A stretch of 64,000 bases of DNA from Hydrolagus colliei (taxonomy: Eukaryota). The notes under the pieces were generated by a model, which was not told where the DNA came from, did no database searches, and was given only the letters and a program-made list of their open reading frames with translations. This document shows, one piece after another, positions 11,501-25,732 of this stretch; within the stretch, counting starts at the first letter, position 1; each line of letters opens with the position of its first letter. The position numbers were made by a program, and so were the translations under genes. The stretch covers positions 48,236,001-48,300,000 of the forward strand of contig CM068743.1 in assembly GCA_035084275.1 (NCBI GenBank), written 5' to 3'.

Positions 11501-14500
11501 ATAGGTGCTTGCCGCTGAACACATTTGGCTCAATTCCAATTTTATGGTTCATCGCCAGATCAGACTCAACTATGTCAAAATCTACCACTCCTCACTCATC
11601 TCAGCTAAACTGTGCTCTCCTTTTTATTATTACATGCTCCCGCTCTAGGATATCATCTGCCTCTCCAAGGCCTGCTGATAATATATTAGCAGTGCCTTAA
11701 AGGGTACACCAGGCAGATTAGCTTGGGAACTGGACTATCAAGACCATCACAGAGCATTGATGCAATTCCGACATTCAGTTGCCAAGCAAGGAACTGAGAG
11801 GCTGCCCTTGCTGAGCTCCAAGGAGATTCCATTTACCTCCCTCCCCATGGAGAATACTTATTAGTTGGAGAATCATACAACTAAAGCCATTACCACCAAA
11901 GACTTTTGCAAATCACTATAAACCTAGAATCTCCATCTGAATGAAAACTTACTCCTCGATCCTAACACAAGCACAATCTAATCATTAACAGGGCTCAATC
12001 TTTGATAAAATAAATCAATCCAGGTTTGCAATAATCCAATTTGTTTGCATTGAAAAAGAATGAAATAACTAAATTACATTAATTATAAAATAAATACTTC
12101 ATTGATCAACTGTACAAAATTAACCACATTACTATCATTCTCCATTAAATAAATTCCAATTATACAGCATGCTTCAGATAGGGAAATATTGATGCACATC
12201 ACAGGAACACTGTCGGATATTAAGAAAGGGAAGGTGGGAGGTGACAGTAGGTGCAGTCAAAGAGATGGGTAGAGATGGAGGGGGTTTCACATAGTGTAAG
12301 CAAGTTGCTGACGACGTCACCAATGGTGAGGTGGGGATGCCAGTTTTCTGAGCGGAGAGGTAAAGAGAGGAGTGGGATAAATTATTACAAAAGATAAGAG
12401 GTGCTGGGACATGAAGGAATGTTTAGATGAGGACCTTGAAATCAATTCACTGGGAGTCAATGACAGTTTTCTTAGTTATAGAAAAGCTACGATCAGTTTG
12501 CACTAGATCACTGTCGCACTTCAGGAAATTTTGTGAAGTGTAAGTTTTTGTTTAAAAATGCAAGGGTTTCCTGACAGTTTAGAGGGAGTAAATCTATTAC
12601 CTGATGTAGCACCAGGCTACCTAGATTGGGACTTTAGCTCCAATCCTATACTAGGGAGGGAAATCTGCCAGAGTGACTGCTATTAAATGTTAACCAGTGA
12701 TTCCTACTTGAATGTGTGCATCAACATCGGGTGAAAACAATCAGGCTCAGTTGTGATACCCTCTAAGTTGAATATCATGCTAATAATCACTGTTTAGGCT
12801 CATACATAAAAATGCAGCTAGGCAAGGCACTGGAAGACTACCATTTGTGTCTGTGAGACTATACCACAACAAAAGCCAGCCCAAACAAAAGACATCTTAG
12901 ACAATTAAAAAATATATTTTGTCCCATATAGGGGCAAGTGACATGATGAAAATTATCTACACCCATGTTTACAAACCTGAGGGTGGGTGGAAGTCTTGCT
13001 CAACATAATCCCTTTTGAAATCCTGTGTTCCAATCAGGCTTCAATCAGTAACACAAACAAAAAATATTGAAAATGTACAGTAGTTTGATCAGCATCTGAA
13101 AAAGAAAGATGGGTCACACCCAAGACATTAACCTATCCTTTTCAGATGTTAACTGACCTACTGTGCAAATCCAGCATTTTCTACTTAATCACAATTTTCT
13201 AATATTAACTGTTTTTTTGCTAGTCTCAGGAGTATAATTTAAGTTAGTTCATTCTTTGTTAATGCAGTCAGACCAGAACTTTACGAATCTGCAACTGACT
13301 TTTTTTTTAAAAAATCACATGTTCATTGTAAAGGTTTAGCAACTTTAATAATTATAATGGCGCTTCTGTTAGGACCAGGGACTAAATTTGCAATCAAGCA
13401 GGGTTCAGAAATTTAAACCAAAAGTATTCCCTACAACAATTCTTAAAATAGACTACAACGCTCACATCATCTAAAATATTAGAATGTTGAATGCAAGTTT
13501 GTAAACAATATTTTTTTTAATTGACTTTTATATATTGGTTTAAACTACATTTAGTACACATAACAATGTTAAAAAAGTTCCTTCACTGTTAAAAATGCAC
13601 ATAGCTTGCTAATTTTACTCATTCCCATGATTATCTATTTATCTATCTTTTTAAAACTTTTTTAAACTGCTGATAAACTGACATCTAAACTCTAAACAAT
13701 GTATATAATACTGGTACATAAAAGCAAGAATGATGTTTGTATGGAAACTACATTGAAAAAGAAAAACACTAGGTTTTAGTCATCCAGGTTGATTTGACAA
13801 GCTTTCATCCTGGTTCATCAATAAGAAAAATAAGAATCATTAGTATAACAAAGGGAACTTGCTTTTTGGGGGTTCAGCCGGGTTTGGCAAAGGCGGAAAC
13901 AGGGTTGAGAGGGTGCTCCTAGATGCAGATTGCACAATTTAAGAAGAATTCAACCCAGATGCCAGTGATAAATTCCACCAAGGTTTTTCCTCAAGAATGA
14001 AATCTTGAATCACTGCTCTGTCAGCAATTCCCAAAAGTGATATATATTGTGAAAGCATTGGGCTCAAGTTGTCCCTTGCAGACGAATGGTTGTGCTATGC
14101 GAAGCACATGGTTTGTCAATGATCCATGCTGACTGACCTAATACAATATTTATAAGACCATCAAATCAACCTGGATGACCTAGTTCAATTACAATAATTC
14201 TTGTTTCCATTCTCCAGAATTGTCAATATTAGTTGTTTAATACATCAGGCAAACCAATTACAATAAAAAATTTCATTAAAAATGTCAGAATTCATAATGT
14301 TGATTCAGCAAATAAAACCAGTCCACGTTGTCTAAAACTGTACAACATTGTTCCCTTTTAAATAAAAAAGCATTAAAGTACCTGAAGGCTCATGTTGGTC
14401 CAAAAACCCCACACTAAATTGTCAATGTATTTTCATATTTCCATAATGTTTCTAGTATTGGTGGGGATTAAACTACCTTAATCAATGTTTTATTATCAGC

Positions 14501-15159
14501 CTTGGTTAGCCTAAGTTCTATCATTTGCCCCTATGTGATCAGTGCATACCACAGAATAAGTTCGGAAGGAGCAAAGCTGAGTACAACAGAAATTTGTAGT
14601 AAGCGAGAAAGGAATTTCTGAGGTCATTCAATAAGTGAGAAGCCAGACAATTGCAAATTGGTGACACAAATATTAGGAGGTCCATGCACATGCATAACCC
14701 TTCTCAGCTCTGAGCAATGCAACTTGAATCATGATTCACTCAGGCTTCCATCTTGGTCTGTTTCTGTGAGTGACAGTCCTTTACTTTCAGCAGTGCATTA
14801 ATCTTATAGAAAGCAGAACATTTATTGGGAAGTTTGATTACATTTACTGGGTTACTTGATGAGTAAAACTTAAGAGCAATTCTGCGGTTGAATAACTCAG
14901 CTAACATGGGTTTTACTACAGAACAGCTATCACAACAATAAAATGATAAAACAATGAATTTTGCAACTGAAGCTTGAAATTAATCAATATTGTGGAAAGT
15001 ATTACTGTGAAAACGCTATACTGGATTAAAATAGGACGTCCAACCTTTTAAAATGTCAATTTAGATATTATGTTGATGCTGTTATTTCAATTCAGCTCCT
15101 TTAATTCCCACATTATACTGCAATTTCATGTATAAAAATGAGGTCAGCAAAGCATTTTG

Positions 15160-15244
15160 TATTGCAATCATGCAAAACCATATGCTGCCAAAACTACCTC
15201 AATGAGGTAGTTTTGGCAGCATATGGTTTTGGATGATTGCAATA
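15160..15244. repeat. Near-perfect palindrome (42-bp arms, 1-nt spacer, 1 mismatch)
   Basis: 15160-15201 is the reverse complement of 15203-15244. Confidence 0.95.
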
Positions 15245-16779
15245 TAAATATTCAGCATTGTTTGTATAATCAGGTATACATTTAGCACATAAAAGAGCAA
15301 ATTCTTGCCTATGCTTCACAAGTATCACAATGGAGCAGTCTAAATTTTGTTGCTTTATTTCCATGCTTTTGTTTTTGATTCATAGAAAATTTATTTTTTA
15401 AAACAAGTTATTGGGTAGTTCAATCTTTTAAGAACTGGTAGTGCAACAATTCAGATCATCCAGTAGTGCATTTATCTACTGAGCTTCCAATGTTGAAATA
15501 CCTTAATACCAGTGCTTTATCCCTCAATTTTGTTAAAGTAATTGGTAACATGTATTCTGGAACACATTATTTCAAATAATCTTTTCTCATACATCTCTCT
15601 CCTTCCTATTTGAACCCCTCGAGTCTGTTTAACTGCTTTATGTCTCAGAGACAATATACAGTAAATTCACTTTACAGTATATTCTGTGAAGCACTTTGAG
15701 ACGTCTAGAAGACGTGAAAAGCGCTATATCAAATGCAACAACAAACAAACAAACGATGCTTGTTAAAGTCACAGATTATGTCCTCTCTTTCTCTATAACC
15801 AGAGCTCCTGCGTTCAATACAGTTGATCATGTGGTCCTCTTCCACTACCTCTCCTCCCTCATCCACCTCAGTGGGACCACAATCCTCAGGTACGAATCTT
15901 ACTAAACCAACTACCATCACTATGCTTAATTTGAGTGCTTAATCTGATTGAACAGTAATTTAACACATTTCATCACTAAGTACTTTGAGACATTTTTCTA
16001 ACATGAAATGTGCTAAATAAATGCTATTGTATTGAATCACTTTGCTTGAGGATCCAAATCAAACAGAATTCCATAAATGTATACTACCTAATGTTCCTGT
16101 GTCTGGAATGGAAAATGTCCTCTCCAATTACTCTTACAGAATTCCAGAAAGTATTAGGCCCATGTTCGTGAGTCACATAGTTTGTGTCTCAATGTGTCTG
16201 AGTGAGTATGTGTGCGTGTGTGCCTCTCTCTCTCTGTGAGTGAGTCTGTAAGTCTCTCTCTATCTGGTTGTATGCAGGGCTGGGCTCTGAGAGCTTCTGT
16301 AGCCTTGTTGGTGTCACACCTACCCAACCCCATACCCACCCACAAAAAAATAGGCCATCCAGTTTTTATTAAAGAAGAAATTAATATGTATTATTGCCTC
16401 ATGTTTAGTTTTATCAATAAAGTGAAAAATTGTAGGTTGGCAGGAAAATGTATCTCAATAGCACCAATCAACTTCCCTCCCCACTCCATATTTTGCCCCC
16501 TCAAATTTCCTGAAAAATCTGCGATCTCCCCGTCATTTCAGGCAAATATTTCCGAACTTATCTATTGGACCAGGTTGTAACTTGCCTTTGCTACAGTTTT
16601 AGCTTGCTTGAAGGTATCCTCGAAAACCGCTTTAAAGGCTTTTTGCTTTCACTAGACTCTTTAAAGGCATTTTGTAGAGCCAGCATAAACTTTGGAAATT
16701 TTAATCGATAATTAATTTTTTTTTATTTGCCTTCTTTTTCAGGTTAGAAAATGCTAGAGATGAGACAATTTCCTATAGT

Positions 16780-17575
16780 TACATTTCAACAAGTCCGAGG
16801 CTCTCCTGATTGGCCCCCTTCAGCATCTCACCTCAGATGCCGACACCATCAATATTCAAGGACACACTCTACAACTCGCCAAGCCAATCCAGAACCTTTG
16901 TGTCTTGTTTGACTCTCAACTGTCCTTTCTATCCCACACCTGTGCCATGACCCGCTCTGACTTTCCCCATCTCTGCAACATCGCCCAGCAATTCCACTAC
17001 CTCACCCCACAGGCCACCAAAACCTTAATCCATGCATTCATCATATCTAGGCTCGACTACGCCAACTCCCTGCTTGGTGGTCTTCCCAAAACTTCCCTCC
17101 ACAAGCCGCAGGTCATCTAGAACTCTGTGACCACATCAACCCCACTCTTGCCCAGCTCCACGTCCCCCAGAGAATAGATTTAAAAATCCTCGCCCTCAAG
17201 GTCTTCCACAATTTGCTGACCCAATTGACCCAATCTGCTGACCCAACCGGTCCACTCCCACTGCTCAGCAGGCTATGTATGGCCTGCTCCACGTCCCTAC
17301 ACCTCCTGCCTAACCATCGGCAGTCAAGCCTTCAGCCTTTCTGCCCCCACCCTATGGAACTCCCTCAAACATTTCCTTTGCCTGGCTCCCTTACTTGCCT
17401 CCTTCAAGGCGCATCTCAAAACCTTCCTCTTTCACCGAGCCTTCGGCCACCTTCCAGTCCCTCCTTCACCCTCCCCGATCCTGAGCCCCAGTTCGGATCC
17501 AAATCCCTGACTGTCTAGCGCCTTGGGACATTCTCCCGACGTGAATGGCGCTATACAAATGTAATTTTGTATTGT
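16780..17575 (+). mobile_element. L2-clade LINE 3' fragment, degenerate
   Basis: TLIHAFIISRLDYANSLL.GLP motif and 3' tail gcgccttgggacattctcccgacgtgaatggcgctatacaaatgtaattttgt. Confidence 0.85.
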
Positions 17576-18899
17576 ATTACCCGTTCTGCCTTCCCCACCT
17601 CCGCTGTCACTATCTCTCACTTCAGGCTGCTGAAACCCTCCTCCGTCTGTATCGTCAATTTCTATGGTTCTAGGAAGACAAATGTACGGGCTTTCAGGAA
17701 CACTGACTGATGAGGTGAAGAAACTTATGACCAATTAAATTACTTTTATTATAAAGCATGTTTAAAGACATTCACGATTCTTCGAAAGCTTGTAGCAGCC
17801 AATTGAGCAGTACTGCACAGCATGCTAATCCATACTCCACTATTCCCCATAAAGGGAGTTCTTGATCTCTTTTACCATTGCAAGGTTAAGTCTGGAGCTC
17901 TCCATTGAGAGAAAAAAAACAAGGTCAACCAGTCATTCTCTTATACTTCCAAATGTCAGATTAAAGAAGCAAGGTTAGAGTATAAATCCATAGCTCAACA
18001 AGTTAGATGGGAACCTGAAGCATCTGAGACATTCTGTTCATCAAAATTAAGTAAAATTGGGCTTAAAATGAACAATATTGTAGATTTCTATCACTTTAAA
18101 AAAACAAGTTAAAGTTAGTGTCTAAAAATGATAGATCCTTGAATGTTATTTAACTTGTAAACATTTCTGGATTGAGTACAATTAGACCATGGTGATTATA
18201 TACCGAGACGATTTTCCAACATTCCGATTTTCCAACATTCCAATTTTCCCTCCCTCCCTCCCTCCCTCCCTCCCAGAAAGTCTAGAGGGTGGGGGATGAT
18301 GGCACGTCACAGTTAAGAAAGAAGAGTGGAGCCTCCCTCAGCCAGAAAGATCCCTTTCCCCACCTCCCTCCCCAACCAATCACCGTGACCTCCCAACCTA
18401 GCCGTTCCCTTTGCAGAGCAAACACCAGCTTGCTTCACGTTCCCCCCACTACCCCACCTGCCCTACCATGGCCATTTTATCCCTCTCTCTGAAGTTCCAT
18501 TCCTGAAGTCCCTCCGATTCCCTCCCCTCTTTTAAGGTACATCAAGTTCTAACTCTTTTGACAACACTTTTGGTCATTTTTTCCAACCTCCCTATCCCAA
18601 CTCTCTCGGTTCCCACCCCAGCTCAGATGCTCAGTCGTCAATGTCAAGATGTCGTTCCAACATGAAAAACGTGCTATGTAAATGTTGTTGTTTCTGGAAG
18701 GGAAACACAAAATATTGCTTAGGCAGCCTGCGGACCTTTCTTAAATAGAGAACCCAGCCCATGGCAGTCAAAAGATTAGATTGCCCTGTTCTGGGTGATA
18801 CAATAGAATGCAGACAGACCAATTGTAATCCAGATGCAATCCAGATGCGACACAACACTCATTCTGTTGGTTGTTGAGTGCAGAAAGCTGCAAGTGTAT

Positions 18900-19310
18900 A
18901 GTTTGGCAGGAAGCTTGCCTTGGGAGTCAGAAGGTTATGGTTCAAGCACCACACCAGGACTTTGAACTCGTATAGTCTAGGCAGATGCTCGAATGCAATG
19001 CTGGGAGTGTGCCATGCCTTGGCTGAGATGTTAAACCAAGGATCCATTTGCCTGTTCAGATGGACATTTAACAATCCTAGAGCACTATTCTAGAGAAGGG
19101 AGTTTCTCCTGAGGTTTCCTGACCAATAATCCCCCCTAAATAAAATTGATCATTCACTTCATGGCTATTTGTGGGACATTGCTGTGCAGAAATTAGTTGT
19201 CATGTTTGCCTACAAAATATAAGAATTATATTTAGAAGCATAACCTGTGAAGCACTTTTTTTTTAAAGAGATATCCTGACATAAAATATGCTACATCAAA
19301 TGTGAAGATA
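18900..19310 (+). mobile_element. Older, longer DeuSINE-like element
   Basis: Decayed tRNA-like head, gatgttaaaccaagg segment, Deu-like core tgtgggacattgctgtg. Similar copies at about 23345-23832, 60490-60858 and 61460-61795 (+), and 10905-11205, 22325-22760 and 31715-32050 (-). Confidence 0.55.
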
Positions 19311-20727
19311 ATAAAGTTTTAAGAATCAACAGACAATGTATTTCCTAAATTCATGCTCAAGCAGTCCTAGTTAAACAATATGATAAAATCAGTTTGAAGA
19401 TCCACATATAAGGAACAGAATTTTAGTCAATACTGTCACAGAAGCATTGTGCTGCTTCTGATTTGTGACTGGTGTGAATAAGGGATTTATAAAAAGTTTA
19501 AAGTGTGAACAGATAGATGAAAAGAAAACATATAGCAAGGTTTCCTAAAACACTTATTTTAATGGGTCTCCAATTACACATGAATACTGTATGAACTTAT
19601 TAAAAATTTAGGACGTTTGATTCTTTGCCAAAGTTACCATGTGTAAAAAAAAAAGGTTTCCAATCCAGCAGAGGAACACTAGATTTCTCTCCCCTCATCC
19701 ACCCCAGCAAACTCAATCTGCGTTAATGACTTGACCAATTCTTGGAACAGGATTTTTACACAATATACCTCATAAGGGAGCACCTTCAAGCACTTAGTGG
19801 GATTATAGCTACAATTACAGCAGAGACTTACATTTCTGAAATAAGATGCTACACTCACTGCTGCAAAAGTGCACCGCAAAAGAAGATAGTGAATGGGGCA
19901 AACCATAGATTAATATAAACAAAACTAATATAATGGATAATAAGATGAGACTGAAGTGAAATTTTCAGCTATTTGGAGCTTTTGAAGAGTGGAACCTTCA
20001 ACTGAGGTTAACAATCAGAGAGTTGGAGATGTCACATCTGGAGATAACAGGCACAAATAGGACATGCTAGTCAGACATTATTTGGAATATTGCTTGAGCT
20101 CCCACTTTTAGGATATATTGGCCTTCAAGGCTACCCAACAACAATTCAACAAATTAATAGCCAGGTTGGAAGGGTTTAACTATGATGATAAGGATGGGTT
20201 AAAAGGTTACATTCCCTGGAGATGAAGAATTAAGGATATGATCTGATTGGGGTGTTTAAAATAATGGAAGCTGGCAACAACAAATTACATTTGTATAGAG
20301 CCTTTCTCGACAGGAGGATATCCCAATGTACAAAACAAATACTGGAATGTTTTAATCAGATAAATCCAGATATCTTTTTCAAAACACCGTGGGATAGTGG
20401 GGTTTGAGACATCAACAGATGAATCACTTCAGCTTATGCAAAATGATTGATTTTATTTATTTGAAGGTTTTCGTAAACAAAATGTTAGAAAGAGCTTCAA
20501 AATGTTGTTTTAACATAAATGGTATCACTGCATTTGCTTCAAGAATTCTTAATACTATAGTGATGCAAAGATAACATTGACATACAATAACCCGTTCTCC
20601 AATACCACACGCAGGAATTGGATATATAGATAACCTCCTAATAACTCGACACTATCTCAACTTATTGCTATTACTTTAGTCATAGTGCAGTCAATATTTC
20701 ATATTCCATATTCAAGCTGCATTTATG

Positions 20728-21553
20728 CCTACCTCCGCACATTGGGCGCTGCCAGCCTCAATATCCAAGGTTGCACTCTCCACCTCACAAAGCCAATCAG
20801 GAACCTCGGCATCATGTTCGATCAAAAACTTTCCTTCCTCCCCCACATCCGCGCCTTGACCGGCACCGCCTATTTCTATCTGCGCAACATTGCCAGGCTC
20901 CGTAATTATCTTACCCCCCGTCCTGCCGAAACACTCGTGCATGCATACATCACCTCACGGCTGGACTACGGAAATTCTCTCCTCGTCGGCCTCCCCAGTT
21001 CCTCCATTCATAGGCTGCAGGCCATCCAAAACTCTGCAGCCCGTGTACTATCCCGCACCCGCCTCCGCGACCACATGACCCCCACCCTCGCCCGTCTCCA
21101 CTGGCTCCCCATCCTCCAGAGGATCGAGTTTAAGATCCTCGTCCTCACCTACAAGGCCTTACACAGCCTTACCCCATCCTACTTAACCGATCTACTCTCC
21201 CCCTACACGCCCACCCGGACCCTCCGTTCAACAGGACTTGGCCTGCTCCAAGCCCCCCGCCCGAACCGCCCCACCATCGGAGGCCGGGCCTTCAGTTTCT
21301 CCGCTCCCACCTTATGGAATGCCATCCCTCAATCCCTCCGTTTCGTCTCTTCCCTTTCCTCTTTCAAGGCCGGTTTGAAGACTTTCCTCTTCGATCGTGC
21401 CTTTTGTTCCACCCCGAACTCTTTTACCTCCCCTTCGTGTTTCACCCCTTCCCAAACACTCCCCTCCCAGCTCGGGTCAAACGCCTCCTGTTCAGCGCCT
21501 TGGGACGTCCTCCCGACGTGAAAGGCGCTCTATAAATGTAAATTGTTGTTGTT
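20728..21553 (+). mobile_element. Young 5'-truncated L2-clade LINE; ORF2 C-terminus still open
   Basis: ORF 20685-21521 with RNLGIMFD, TLVHAYITSRLDYGNSLL, LHWLPI..RIEFKIL and GGRAFS..AP.LWN motifs; stem-loop 3' tail ending in (TTG)n; CpGs retained. Confidence 0.92.
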
Positions 21554-21904
21554 GGATAGCTCGTCACTGAGTTCTTTTCTCTTGCAGTGACAAATTAGTA
21601 GGAGTTAACTGTTTATTTACTACATTAAATCCCATCATCTATTAATTCAAGAGATTCAGGAACAAAATAATTTTGTTACATATGTATTTAATGAATTACA
21701 ACAACAGCAACAATTTACAAAGCACCTTTCATGTCAAGAGGACATTTCAAATTGATCAGGAGCCTAATTGGAAACTGGAAGGAGGTGGCTGAAAGTGTGG
21801 TAGAAGCAACAGGTATTAAAGCTTTTTGAAGGTGGGAAGGGCTAAAGTAGTGAGCCACTGCGATGGAGTTCCAATGAACGCAGGCAAACTTTGGCACAAT
21901 TTTA

Positions 21905-22125
21905 AAGTGGGTGGTGGAGCAGAGACCTGGGGGGGTTCACATACACAGGTCTTTGAAGGAGGCAGGATTGGTCAATAGTACTGTTAAAAAAACATATGGG
22001 GTACTTGGCTTTATAAATAGAAGCATAGAGTACAAAAGCAAGGAAGTTCCACTAAACTTTTATAAATCACTATTAAGCCTTAGATGGAGAATTGTATGTC
22101 CAATTGTGGGCATTACACTTGCTGG
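21905..22125 (+). mobile_element. CR1 LINE ORF2 fragment
   Basis: Translates to GVHIHRSLK...VKKTYGVLGFINRSIEYKSKEV.LNFYKSL, typical of the CR1 RT C-terminal region; another CR1 piece lies at about 20075-20270. Confidence 0.75.
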
Positions 22126-25100
22126 TTGGTTGAGTGGAAGGAGCAGCCAGGGCAGTAAGGTTGCAAAGGTATAGAGTTGTGCAAAGCCATAGAAGCATTT
22201 GAAAGCGAAGATAGGGTTCTGAATTCAATCTGCTGAGATAGATAGAGAGCCAAGCAAACATGAGTGTAATAGGCTTCTCGAGTTTGCTGCAATAAAATAA
22301 TCCACAATACCAGCACAGATAGGATATTCCTTGCAATTTGGTATACCTTTCACGTCAAGAAGATGTTGTAAAGTGCTTCATGGGATATACTATATTGTAA
22401 AAATCAAGTGACTTTTTTGTAGGCAAATGCGACAGCCAATTTTCAAGTAGCAATGTTCCATAAGCAGCCATGGAGTGAGTGACCAATTTTGTTCAGGGGG
22501 AGGGGGGACTGTTGGCTAGGATACCAGTTGAAAGCCCCTTCTCTTTTTTAATATCTTGTATGCATCTGTAATGAACACCTTAACAGGCCTCAATCAGGGC
22601 CTCAGTTTAACATCTTATCTCAAGGAGGGCACCTACAAGAACAGCCCCATCACTGCATCGAATTTCATCTTAGCTTACACATGTTCCAAGTCCTCATGTG
22701 AGGTTTGATCACACAAGCTTCTTACTCAGATGCTAGTGCTACCAACTGAGCCAGCCTCATGTTTAAGGAGCTGATCGCCTTTCCTGTTGCAACATTGCCT
22801 GATTCTAATAGTTTGCTGGTGGTTTATTTTTCAATGACTAATTACTAAACCTGTCAAAAATGTTTCTATTTAATTAGATTAACAAACCAAAATAAGGTCT
22901 TGATGAAAGGCTATCACATAATTTGAAGGCTCGTAAGATTTATAGCAATTATGTGACCCAATAATAAAAAAAATTGCTTAAAATTGCCAACATTTGCTCA
23001 TATCAATATTAGCTCAAGTTTCATTGCGCATGTGCAACCCAGGGAACAACGTCAATGGTGACTTCATGTCCCACCAATTGACCATTTTAGCTTCCTGCAG
23101 TAAACAAAATGTCAAGTGTTCAGGTCATCAAATGATATACCACATCAATTTTTGAATTACATATGCACAGCGAACGGGAAGAGATGGTGGCTACAACCCA
23201 AACATCATCTATTTTTCTTCTAGAGCAAGGAAGCAAGAGTCAGCTGTGGACATTTGCAGTTAAACTCGCTATCAATCCCAAACACCATGTTATAATGGGG
23301 CTCCACTGCACCCTGCATGCAATAGGTATCTAATATTAAATGGCTGTCAGCCTGGCTCAGTTAGTAGAACTCTCATTTCGGAGCCGAGATGACACTCCAC
23401 CGAGACAAAAATGTTACATTGTCTAAGGTGCCATCATTCGGATCTATTGTTAAACTGAAGCCCCGTTCAGTGTACGTTCAATGTTACATGGTACAATCCA
23501 AAAAGAGATGGGAGTTTGACTAATTTTATCTGGAGAATTGTTGGCAAACAATTGTTGCATTGTCAGAGGTTAAACCGAGGTCCAGTCAGCCTGCACAAGC
23601 GTACATTAAAGATGAACTATTCGAAAATGGGAGATTCCCCCGGTATCTAGGCTAACAAATTCCCAAAATGAAATTGGTCACTCATTTCATTGTGGCTTCT
23701 GAGACATTGCTGTAGGCAAACCAACTGCCTTGCTTCATCTACAAAACACAGTCAAAACCACTTTACAGTATATTCTGTGAAGCTTTTTTAAATAAGACAT
23801 TATATGAAATGCAAAGGTTATTATTATTATCATGGTTATTTGTAAAACATCTTGCTGCCCCATGAAACCTGGTTGCAGCATTCACCTACAATCACTACAC
23901 TTTATAATAAAATTCCTTGCGGTGCTTTGAGAGGTTCCTGTAGCATGATGGGAATTACAATACATCAAATGCAAGGAATTTGTTAATGATAATAGTGGCT
24001 TGATGGAAGACTGTCTGTATTACATAACTTGGCTCCTAAGATTTGCAGCAATAATTCAGTTTTTCTAGCTTTACAATATTGCCATAAAGATCTGAATGTA
24101 ATCATCAAATAATCTTTGCACTTTATATGGTATTGAACATTAAAATATCTTAAAGCACATCATTTGACATGGGTAAATAAGAACAAACTTGCTTTACAGT
24201 GGCTTATTATGCAATGTCAAAGTGCTTCATAGATAATTACGAGTAAATAAAATGAGCAACTTTGGAGGCAAACACAGCAGGTATTTGCCATAGAATGGTC
24301 TCAGAGACCCTCTATGAAGTGAATGATCAACTAACCTGCTAAACTGTTAGGCAGGATAAAAGAAACAACTGCTCTTCAGATTCCATAGTTAACAAAAGTA
24401 TCTTTAAATTAGGTGTCCATATTCAGCTAATTATTCTATTGAGAATAGAAGAGAATTACCCTGCATAGCCCAAACAATGTAATTCTCTATCCCGTTTGGT
24501 GAATGTTCAAGATTGTAATGAGCAAAAAGTTCATAACTCTTCAAATTAATATATGCCTCCTAAATAAAAATAACTTGCAATAGCGGAATGTTACCCTGTC
24601 TAAAGGATATTATATCAATATAAGTTGCTGTTGTAGCAATATTGGCTCTAATTTTGTGACAAATACCCACCTTAATACAGCCATTTAGTACCATCATGGT
24701 TCTTTCACCATTTCCTCCAGTAACAATGCCCTAGTACGAGATCTTTTGCATCACACCATTTTTAGAATAATTCAAGTGCAGATAGCCATTGGTGTACTAG
24801 AATTGCTACTCCTGTACATCAAAAACATGTGTATTAGTTGCAGTATCTTTTTTAAAACTCACGCTTTACACTTCTACCATTTGTTTTTAAATTATATTTC
24901 TAACAAGTAGTAAGCTGACATTTCTGGCAAGTGCTTCTCTATCACTAGAACTATCAAAACTAATTGAGACTATTAACCATCTCTGTCATATACTTGAGTT
25001 TATAATTGTGGAGCTCTGAGTTTCCCAATTCAACAGCAATATGAGCACTGAGCATAACCATTTGTCTGATATTTCCATATTCTATATGCCTGATAATAAT

Positions 25101-25732
25101 CCCCTCAAGAAAAAAAAAATTTGGTCACTCAATCCACAACTGTTGTGGGACACTGCTGTACACAATTGGCTGCCGCATTTCATCCACAAATAGTCAATTA
25201 ACTTTACAGTATATTCTGTGAAACGCTTCGAGACATTTAAAAGACATGAAAAACAATACATCAAATGCAAGGATTATTATACATTACTATTATTTATTTG
25301 ATTACATTACAAAGTTCCAATATAAACTCTGAAACACATATTTAAAGATGAGGCCACTGCAAATTGGAACTGGTATTTTCTCTTTTTTTTCCTTCAGTTT
25401 TTGTTTCACCATCACTTCTCTAAATACTTTCTAGGCTTGAAAGTTCAGCTCTTTCATTCCCCACCTATTAAATGAATATCTACCTTAGTTGTACTGAGTA
25501 CTACCTAAGATTGTCATCTGCTGCCCAACTTGGATCATCAACTGTATATTTACAAGATCACTGGCTGATACACACTGAAAGTGCATCATGGAAGAAGCAC
25601 TGTACATCACTGCTGAGAATGAAAGTTATTTAAAGGTCTCCTAACTAGGATTATCAGAAACTAAGAGGAAAACACGTTCAGTTTTAGATATGAGTAGTTT
25701 CTGTTCACAGCTCGAGATTGAGAATCCAGGAG

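Noticed and set aside
15203-15224. let-7-like sequence TGAGGTAG...
   Set aside because: Only the first 9 nt match; it sits at the loop-proximal end of a palindrome arm with a 1-nt loop, unlike a let-7 precursor.
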